A DNA stretch of 64,000 nucleotides, from positions 4,278,001-4,342,000 of the forward strand of contig CP075495.1 of NCBI GenBank assembly GCA_021613535.1, written 5' to 3'. Positions within the stretch are counted from its first letter, which is position 1. Every line of letters begins with the position of its first letter. The position numbers and the translations under genes were made by a program. Below are positions 54,240 to 64,000 of this stretch, in pieces. The DNA is from Adineta vaga (lineage: Eukaryota > Animalia > Rotifera). Under the pieces are notes generated by a model, which worked only from the letters and a program-made list of their open reading frames with translations, was not told the DNA's origin and searched no databases.

Positions 54240-55160
54240 TTACATCAGACAACATTCGGTTTCATTTGGTCCTGTTTTATTTGGGTCTATAAAAGCATCA
54301 TCAAATAGATTTTGTTCACCACCAGCAAATCCACCTAGACCTGGTAAACCAGGAAAAAATAGAAGTTCTTTCGGTGGATCACCATGACTTTGTAATTGTT
54401 GAAATTTTTGTAAAACACGTTGAATTTGTTGACCATCATTGGATGTACCTTCATATTCTCGACAGATTTCTTTTACACATTGATGTTGTTTAGTATATCG
54501 TTGAAATTCTTCATCCGTTAAACCTTCTTTATTCTTAACTAACCATTCTTCATAAGATTCATCAACAGCTTGACATGCTGGTAACATAACATCTTTCGAT
54601 AAAATACTTGACATAAATAAATTTAATTGTTCAACATGTGGTTCGTTTGTTGTATTAGTTGTTGTTGTATTTGATGCTGATGCAGTAGTATCAGGTTGAT
54701 CAGCTAATTTTTCTAATGCTTTTTCAATATCTTCATCTTTGATTTTTTGTAATAAATCAGCATGTTTACCCAATTGAGAAAATAAATTAAATATACCAGC
54801 ATTATCAGGATCATTTTCATTAGCAGCACCTTCTCCTAAACCAAATGGAAAATTTGATAGAAAGTTTGGTAATGAATCAAGTTCATTAAGAAACTTTTCA
54901 TCATTGAAACACATAGCTTCAAATGTTGTTTGTAAAGGATCAGATGGTGGTGGAGCAGTTTCAGATGAACTAATGACAGTGTCTTTCTTTACCGCTGAAG
55001 CGGATGATGCTGTTGTTGTTGCCGTCGTCGTCGTCGTCGTTTCTTTGAAATCTGTCAAAGCGTCATCTAATAAATTATCAAGTGCTTTGGATTCATCATT
55101 TGATTTTGATGCCGATGATGTTGGCAATGATAAATCAGACATATCTATAAAATCAGACAT
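54240..55160 (-). CDS. PEX19: Peroxisomal biogenesis factor 19 (intronless CDS)
   Basis: PEX3-binding LDNLLDDALTDF, C-terminal domain MSSILSKDVM...YEEWL...RYTKQ...LQSHGDPPKEL, and CaaX box CCLM*. Confidence 0.9.
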   Translation of the reverse strand: MSDFIDMSDLSLPTSSASKSNDESKALDNLLDDALTDFKETTTTTTATTTASSASAVKKDTVISSSETAPPPSDPLQTTFEAMCFNDEKFLNELDSLPNFLSNFPFGLGEGAANENDPDNAGIFNLFSQLGKHADLLQKIKDEDIEKALEKLADQPDTTASASNTTTTNTTNEPHVEQLNLFMSSILSKDVMLPACQAVDESYEEWLVKNKEGLTDEEFQRYTKQHQCVKEICREYEGTSNDGQQIQRVLQKFQQLQSHGDPPKELLFFPGLPGLGGFAGGEQNLFDDAFIDPNKTGPNETECCLM

Positions 55161-55592
55161 CTTTCGATTATTCTTTCTTGTCAAATATTATCATTATTAT
55201 TGTTATCGTAAACGAACAAAAACATTATTGACTGTTGTGTTTTGTCGATAAACAAAAAAAAAGGCTGACATTTAATTTCTTTTGTACAATCGAAAAAAAA
55301 TGAAACGAAGAGATTCGTAAAACACAAATTTGTAGTGCTGGGGAATAAAAGCATAAATCATCGTTTTGTGTTTTCTCGTGTGAAAGACAGACAAACAAAA
55401 CACAAAAAAAAAGAATCGTTCTGATTATTTCAATTGAAGCACATTTAATTAAATAAAACATGTACATAAAAAGAAAACAATATTTTGAGAAGACACCGGC
55501 ACAGGATTGGGCAAATTGAAAAAAAAGGACGAGAGAGAGAGAGAAACTGATACGTAGGCGAAAGCCATTGAATGAGAATAATGAAAGATAAA

Positions 55593-58500
55593 TTAGTTTT
55601 GTCCAGCACCAAGTACTTCAGCACGTTCTTCTTCATTTAAGCCAAGATGCAGTGTTCGACGTACTAATTGAGACAAAATAAAGATTTATTTTTTTAGATA
55701 TGAGACAAAAAAGAAATAAGAATAACATACACGAACGTCGTTGAGCACCATATCGAGCTGTTTTGCGTTGTTTAAGAGCATCTCGTGATGCTGTTAATGT
55801 CGCATTTTTAACTAAATCATCAAGTAATTCATCACTTGTATCAAATGCATCTGTTTCATTCGGATTAGCAGATTGTTTAACACTTAATGATGATGGGGAT
55901 TGTACTGCGGGTTTTTTCAATGGATTACCTTAACAAACAAAGTCAAACAGAAAATCATCAACCATATGTAGAAATAGATAAACTATGTCCTGCTAATATA
56001 AATTAAGTATTAACCTTGAGTGTAAATTACACTAGTTTGTTCTCTCATCGAAGCATACAAATTATTATCTTAGTAACCTTGGGTTTGTTTATATAAACTT
56101 CAAGCTTTATTTTTTGATAAGCATGATCTCCAGCCTTCATAAAGATCAGTCTTAAATGTTACTTTCACGACTAGTCAAAATAAACATGTGTACGAACTTT
56201 CTGTTCATATATATATATGTTTTTTACTTTTCTTTTTTGAACATACCCGTCGCTTTTTCGCGTAATCTATGGCCAGGCATCATTGTTTCTTGTCTTGATG
56301 CACTATGTACTGCAGCTGCTAAACCACCTGCTACACCCGTTTGATTTGGCGGTTGTTTCATTCCAGTAGATGGTCTACGAGTTGGATCATTATTCATTCG
56401 ATTATTTGTTGGATTGGTTTTTTCAGCTGCACGTTGATAAATAAATTCGGCTTCGTCATCCGTTCGAGAATCATTAGGTATTGCATGTTTAAGTAGGCCA
56501 CTCTTTTCTGGAATAATCTATAAAAAAAAAAGTGAATTCAATTAGATGAACCGATAGCAAATGAATTTATTCACAAAAACAAGTTATACTTACTTCAGTA
56601 ATCAATTTACCACTTGTTTTATTTCGTTCAGCTCGCGTTTGTTTCTTTTGTTTTTGTGTAGTTATACGATCACGTGTCGTACGATATTCAAGTGCAAATT
56701 CACTGAGTATTTTACAAAATGGAGTTATTTTAGTATTTTGTATCAATCCACGAGGATAACCAAGCCAAAGAAGAAATTTTTGAAAACGATTAATAACACG
56801 ACGATGAATAAGTTTCAATAGACAAATACGTTCAGCACAATCAGCTAAAAATTCGGTCATTCTAAATTAGAAAAAAAGAAAAAGAAATTAATACTAAGTC
56901 ATATAAAATCAATGAATCAAATCTATCTCGAAGAATAAGCAAGATTTGTTTGTAATATTGTGAAGCAAAACCCCATTGACTGAAGTGTATTATTATGATT
57001 GTACAAGAAAAAAAGCAAGTGAATTGATTATATACATACGTGACAAATGACATTTTACCATGTACTTCTCTGAAAATGGTTTTTTTTACTGACTATTAAT
57101 TTATTTTTATGAATACTTTATTTTTTTCTATCAATAATCTATACTCAATTTCAATTGATCATTGTATTACGTACTTTGTTTTCACTTGTGGTGTTTCATG
57201 TTTACTAATTGCTCGTAAATGATCAAATGCTGCTCGACAATCATTTTCAACTTTATTTAATTTTTGTTCAAGTTCATCAAAATCAACCTGAAAACAACCG
57301 AATATTTCGTATAGTTTCAAATCAAAACTAGATAGCTGTTTTTCGTATTACTTTTGAACATCTTGTTATATGTCCAATATCGGAATAGAGATCACCTGTT
57401 TCCGGATATCTTTCACAAACGATATTGCACACATGATAAAGTAATGAATGTTTGTGAGTTGTATCTTTAACTTCAACAACTTTTGAAAGATAATCAAGTT
57501 GAAAACCAATTGACTATAGAACAGAAAAGAAATACAATGAAGAAAGTTTTTCATTTGTAATGCTTTACTTCAGCTCCATTAAGATAATTGCCAATTGCAA
57601 GAAGAACTTCTAATATACGACGAAGTGTAGTATTATCTTTCAAATTTTTTATTCCATTCTTTATATCCAGCAATGGTTCAGCGATTTCCTAAAACGAATC
57701 CATATCTTAAATATCGTCTACTATATTTTAGTTGTTTAACGAACCAATTCAACATTGTCAAAATCAAGTTTAAATAACCATAATTTAAGTCGAGCTTCAA
57801 GCTCAACAATAGATGCAAGTGTAAGTAAAAATTGTTCTGCATTGCCTAGTGGAATATCTGAATTGGCCATTTGGGCTTCAATAATTTGATTCTTTTCTTC
57901 TTCAGTTGGAAGCATCGTTAATATTTTCTTGAAAAAATTGAATGAAAAAAAAACAATGAAATATATGTAAAGTAAGTACAGTTATTCAAAGTATTTTACC
58001 TCAATGCCTTCTTTATTAATGACACTACTATCCATTTTTAGGATAGCAGCTTTGATTGTTCGAGCTGTTGGTAAAACAGTTAAACCAATATTGATTGCAT
58101 TCGAACGTTTTGTATCAAGTACAGTTATTTCTTTTTTCACTTCGTTACCTTTCTATATAACAAAAGAAGGAAAATCACAAATAGATTCATTTTTCACAAA
58201 TATTCAGAACAAATGTTCGCCCCGAAGAAATATAAGAAGAATATATACACAAAGCACACTTAGGGAAAGAAAACAACAGATTTATAATCACAATAAATTT
58301 ACTATGTCAAAGGAAAATCCCAATGTTAGTTATTTTTTTTAGATAAATAGATAAAGAAAGACAAGTAAGATCATCCCCGAAAGATGTTTTGTTTCATTTG
58401 AGTATATAATATGAGACAACATTTGAACAGTGTTATTTATACAGGACAAAATGAAGAAGAATTAAAGCTGTCAAGAAGGACACACATATATAGAGAAGTA

Positions 58501-61500
58501 CTTACTGTTTCCTATACAAAATGAAAGTTAAATAGTGAATTTTTTTATTCTGTTGAAAAACGCAAATAAACTTTTTTCTAAAATATCTTATGATAATTAC
58601 CTTGATTTTAACTTCAGTTTGTTTGACTTCGAATAATTGTGCTAAGCTTTCGGTATCTATTTTCACTTTATTTAGTGATGTCCAAAGACAATCATCGGTT
58701 CCCGATGTAGTTGACATCGTATTTGGAGCTGCTTCACGCCAGTGTAAACGTATCGTTTTGACAGATTTATCGATCGCTTGTGCTTTTGGTACTGGTGGTG
58801 GAGGTGGTCCACCGTTGCTCATGCCCATCGGTGGTGGTGGTGGTGGTGGTGCCATACCTCTAGGCATAAATGGAGGTGGAGGTGGTGCACCACCCATCAT
58901 TGGTGGTGGTGGTGGTGGAGGAGGAGGTGCTCCACCCATTGGAGGAGGAGGAGGAGGTGGAGGCGGTGGACCACCACCTCCCATCATCGGTGGTGGTGGA
59001 GGTGGACCAGCACCACCTCCCATCATCGGTGGTGGTGGAGGAAAACCTGGTCGAGCACCTACAGTAAAACCCATAATATTTGCATCATCTCGTTCATCTA
59101 ATTCTTCAAAATTAAGATCTTGAACAATTAGTTTCCTTGAAAGAACTTTTCCAACAACAGTTTCCCATTGAAGTTCATTATCAGTACGAGGTTTTGATAG
59201 TAATGCATCAGGCATTTGAGCAGATAAACCAACACCGGGTATTCCAGGTATTGGTGGTTTTGTTGTTGCTTGTGACAAACCTATAGAATATTACATATTA
59301 AATCATATTAAAAACGTATTCTGCACGTAAAACGTACTATCTTTAGCTCGTGTGACAGTACCCATGAGTTCTGATGCTGGTGTTACTTTTGTATCTTTGA
59401 CTACAACATTTGGCTGACCATTGATTGCTGATGTTTCATTTCCACCCATGGATGTTAAACTCATTTGACGTGTTACTGCTTCAATACCACTGCTACTGGT
59501 TGAACTTTTCTGATGAGCCAATGGTGGCCGTGAAAATACTTTTGGTTCATTCGTATGAGGACTCTGTGATTGTTGTTGTTGCTGCTGTTGGAACGATGAT
59601 TGTGAAGCTGAAGTTGCATCGACAGTGGCTGATGGACGTGTAAAACGAGTGGACGGAACAGTTTGACTATCAACAGTCGGTGGTGACTTAAGTTCTAGAA
59701 AAATATGAAAGATTTTTATTTAGATCAAATAGTCAAGAAGTTGATTTATTTACGTGATTGTTGTTGATTTTGTCGATTCGTATCTGTTGATGGCGTTGTT
59801 GGAGCATCATTTGTTGCTGCTGCTGCTCCCCAACGATCACGACCAGTACGTCCTGGTGCTGTAGCTTTTGGTACTTGAGCTTTGGCTGCCGCAGCTTCAC
59901 GCTGTTGAGTTTCTGCTTCCCATCGATTTTGCATTCGACGTATGGCACTACTATCAGGTGGTGGAGCTGCTACTTTCGGTCTAAAAAATGATTTATTTCC
60001 ATAGAAAATAACCTTTCTATTTTCTCTTACACTTCTTGTTCTCTCTTCTGAGGTAATGGAGGTGCTCCCAACGAACTACGTCGCATACTTTGTCGATCAT
60101 TTGTAATACTTTTCACTCGTGTTTTTCGTCTACGATAAATTTGTTAAATTCATTAAAAGTAGACAACAAATTTCAAGAAGCAATATTCAAAGAAAGCAAA
60201 AGAAAATTGTGCAAGGAGAAATGAAAAATGTGTTTTGTAAAAAAAAGCAAAGCATACTCATCACTGTTATGTTCGTCATCGTGTGACGTAGATGAAATAT
60301 CGCATCCATTCGATGAATTCGTCATATCATCATCACCATCATCATCATCATTATGATTATTTTGTAGTAACATTGTAGGAATTAAGTTAAAATGATTTCC
60401 ATCAGAATGACCATTATGATGATTATCAATCATCATACTTTCTTGTGGACTATCATAGTAACCAGTGGAATCATAATCAAACGATGAATATCGACGTGAT
60501 GAAGTTCGTTCGAAAGTTGATTTTGTACGTGGCACACGTCTATTTAAAGCGATAAGCATGGGGTTTTTCGTGGAAGGAATACAAACATGCTGGTCCAAGA
60601 TAATTAATCACAAATCGATAAAGCTGCTCTAGCAGAATTTAGGAAGGGATATTTGAAAGAATTTATTTTGAAGAAGAAAAGATAAACCCAAATGAAAGAT
60701 CTAGATACCTTTTTTATGGACGATTATCCTCAGAAATTTTGCTCTCAGAAAATTTTTAGAAGAAGGAAAAGCTTTCGCCAAAACGTCATCATGCATAGAA
60801 AATAAGCGTATATATCAGTAATCATACCTTATTGATTGAACAACTATTGCTTCGTCATCACCATCTTCATGTCGAAGAGCAGCCTAAAGTAAATTACAAA
60901 TTACAATACATCATTTTTAAAGAATAATATAATAGATCTTTCTCTGCTTTTGATCACTTTGAAGAAAATATCTACTCATGATGAGTTCACGAAATCTCGA
61001 TTATAGATAGTGAGACAAAGCTTTAAAGTTCGAATAACGAATTTCGATTTGAACTGTCCTTATCAATTCTAGAAAAGATAGTTTTCACAAAAAGAAACAC
61101 TTACATCATATATATTAAACTGTTCAACGAGATCTGGTTCAGGTGGTTTTCGATTAAGGAAAAATTGTGTACATCGTTGCATTCCTTGCTTTTCTAATGC
61201 ATCTGTCATATCATAAAATGTATCTTGATCAGGTATGGCTGATAAGACTGTATTAAACAATGTGATTATTAATAGAACAACTTCTGATGCTGAATTATCC
61301 ATTTCATTTAAAATTTTCATAGTATTTGACCATAATAAACGTTTTGCTGCTCGATCGACATGTGTTACAGCTGATAGTATTAATAAAGCATTCGTTTCTG
61401 TATATTCAGCAAAGACAATTAAAAGTTTTAAACTCGTTTTAACAACTAATCGAAACTAGAAAGAAAATAAATGAATGGATCCTATTTCATATCATCTTCA

Positions 61501-62601
61501 ATCACATACACTTGATTCAACCAATGAATAAAGCCATTGAACAACTTCATTCTGATTCATCACAGCATTCATTCCATCAACATAAAGCATCAATTGACCA
61601 AGGGCTAATAAATGAAAACAAGAAAAGAACAAACCATTGTATTCATTCGGTTGAATGAAATATCAATCTACCTCGTAAAATGTAATTTTGATAGTTTTGA
61701 TCAGCTGCTCCACCTATCTTTACTAGACATTGTAAACCTTGATTGTTAACAAATTCATGTACAAGATCTTTATCATCCTTAATCACACAAAATAAAACGA
61801 AACAAATATTCAAAAAATTCAATTCTATTGTTTGTTTGTTTTTTACTTGAAAAATTTGTTTTAATGAAAATAATGATCGTCGTAATTCTCGTCCATCGGA
61901 ATTTAGTAATTTATCTACCAAACGAATAATGTAAAAGATTCGCTATTCGTTTGTTTTTGTTTTCTTACCTATACAAGCATGGACACGTACACTTAATTGA
62001 GTCCGAAGGACAATTGACCATTTACGTCTAAAATTCAAAAGAATCAAAGAAATGCAATATGGTGATTAACACAGTAAGACAAGAAAAACGAAAGGGCACA
62101 TATTATGATTGATTGATAATAATAATAATATAGGAAGAAAGAAATATCTAATGAACCCATGTGGACCTATATAAACATGAATATAACTAACCCTTCTGTG
62201 AAAGCTTCAATATCTTCTCGTTGTTCATCAAGTGCTTGATCAAGATCAAGATAAGGTCCAAGTTCAGTTCGACTTCCATCTTGACGACATAGTTGAAGTG
62301 TACAATCAGCAACCTATCAAATGTACATATGTCATTCTATATTTGATTTTAATAAATCAAAATTTACTTGATGTGGCGCATTGAGAACTTTATGTATGCT
62401 ACTTAATTGATTGCTTAAAACAGTTGATTTAAGAAATGTAAATGTCGGTGGTCGAGCTGGTTCAGGTAGATTAACACTTGAAAATGGATCAGTATCATCA
62501 AGATATTGTACACGACATTGTAATGTTGATGAGTTACCATTTAATCCATTACTTTCACTATAAGTATTCGTTGTTGATGAAGCTAATGATGAACTCGACA
62601 T
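55593..62601 (-). CDS. FHOD: FHOD-family formin (GBD/FH3, FH1, FH2, DAD; multi-exon)
   Basis: [49 protein letters not shown], polyproline FH1, [32 protein letters not shown] and C-terminal LRRTL. Confidence 0.95.
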
Positions 62602-63339
62602 TATGTTCGATATTCGAACAGATTCATTTCAATTGAATTTTTTTAAATGACTCGTCCTACATTATCTAAAAGAAAACTAATGTATAACTATGCTTATTTT
62701 TTTCCTATATCTCTCTCTTTCTCGTTTATTATAGTGTCGAAGTAGATTAATTCTTTAGTGCTATTTTTTTCTGAAAAGGTCAAGTAGAAAAAAACAAGTT
62801 GAGTAAAAAAATAGATACACTGAATGAAACTCATTTCATCGAGATATCTCCCGTCAGAGGCGTATTCTCCTTTTTTTTTATGAAACTCGAAGGACTTTTT
62901 TCTTCTTTGTATGCATAAAAATGGACGTCAATATAAATATATCAGCGAGGGAAAGGCGAAAAAAATTGTTCTCCTAAGCGGGCGTAAACAGTCTATCTTG
63001 ATGATCAAATGAATATCAGCAGTATAACAACAAACTAGAAGAGAAAAACCAGTAGGTATCCTCATAACTTCTTTTTCTTTTTCCTGTTCTGCGTTCTTCC
63101 CGGACAAAAAAAAATACGAGAAAATTATGCAACGGAAGGGTACGTACAGAAGATTCTTCGTTGTATACATGTATATGTATATGTATATAACACTCAACAG
63201 AACAATGGAACCCAAAAGAAGAAAAGGAAAATGACGGCGTTTTGTACATATTTGCCAATGAGTATAGAGGGAGAAGAAAAAGAAAAGCTTATCTTTCTCC
63301 ACGCTTCCACTCTACGAACATCTCTCATCTTACCTCCTC

Positions 63340-63400
63340 CATATATATATATATATGTGTGTATGTGTATGTGTATGTGCATGTATATGTACATGCATAT
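63340..63400. repeat. (AT)n/(ATGTGT)n microsatellite
   Basis: atatatatat atatatgtgt gtatgtgtat gtgtatgtgc atgtatatgt. Confidence 0.8.
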
Positions 63401-64000
63401 ACGAAGGAGTTAAACATTGAAGAACTTGCTTTCTTTTCTCTTTCTTTTCTCGGTCTAATAACAGTAGTAAAGAGGCGAGAAAGATGTTGTTGTCTGCATA
63501 TTATTAGTATAGGCTAGTACAAGAAGAATAGAACAATATCAGTTTCTGACTTTTTTTTGTCTAACATGATGATTGATATTAATGAACAACGAGGCGAATG
63601 GAGTCATCGAGTCAAATATAGAGTTAGTGTTGACGATTAAGTATTTTTAATCGATCAAAAATAATTCTCCGAAAAAAACAAATCTTCGTACAATAGATTA
63701 GAACAAAAACAGAAACAAAACACTTCTCCTATACATTCTTACAAGAAGAAAGAAGAAAGAAAACAGCAGACGATGTCAAACAGTGTTCATATGTAAATGA
63801 CTCTCTATCAATCGGGTATAATTGCCTTTGTCTAATAATAGTCTGTCGTTTATAATCTCTCTTACCATCGATCGATGATCACCTTTTGAACAAAAGAATT
63901 CAATTGAATTTATATATTTATACATGTCTCAGAATGAGTTCGGTCATCGGGAGTAAAATTTCTTCTTCTTCTTCTCTACTTAATATAAAACTTAGAATAT

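Noticed and set aside
58590-59123. Gly-rich and Trp-rich plus-strand ORFs
   Set aside because: Antisense shadows of the FHOD polyproline FH1 region.
62928-63517. Cluster of short hydrophobic ORFs upstream of FHOD
   Set aside because: Low-complexity microsatellite and UTR/intron sequence with no protein motifs.

Overview
AT-rich eukaryotic genomic DNA with dense GT-AG introns of about 50-60 nt. The style (many intronless orphan GPCRs, a PAN/Apple-like secreted protein) suggests a bdelloid rotifer; this is inference, not proven. The flanks hold ordinary metazoan genes: an SLC17 transporter, BiP/HSPA5, a novel PKC (epsilon/eta type), three class-A GPCRs, an EF-hand protein, RNPS1, PEX19 and an FHOD formin. 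The main result is a ~31 kb head-to-tail array (21.9-52.6 kb, all minus strand) of ten apparently intact genes plus one pseudogene, fragmented in the ORF track by introns. Spliced by hand, they encode highly divergent Rel-homology-domain (NF-kB/NFAT-like) proteins in three subfamilies. A (R1-R3): RHD-N + CxxC + NLS, no IPT. B (R4-R6 and the pseudogene): RHD-N + acidic/basic tail. C (R7-R10): RHD-N + IPT + CxxC + NLS + ankyrin repeats, a p105/p100/Relish-like architecture. The array also shows a recent gene-conversion tract, a long fold-back inverted repeat and kB-like motifs in its own promoters. All gene models were spliced by eye, so terminal coordinates are approximate.
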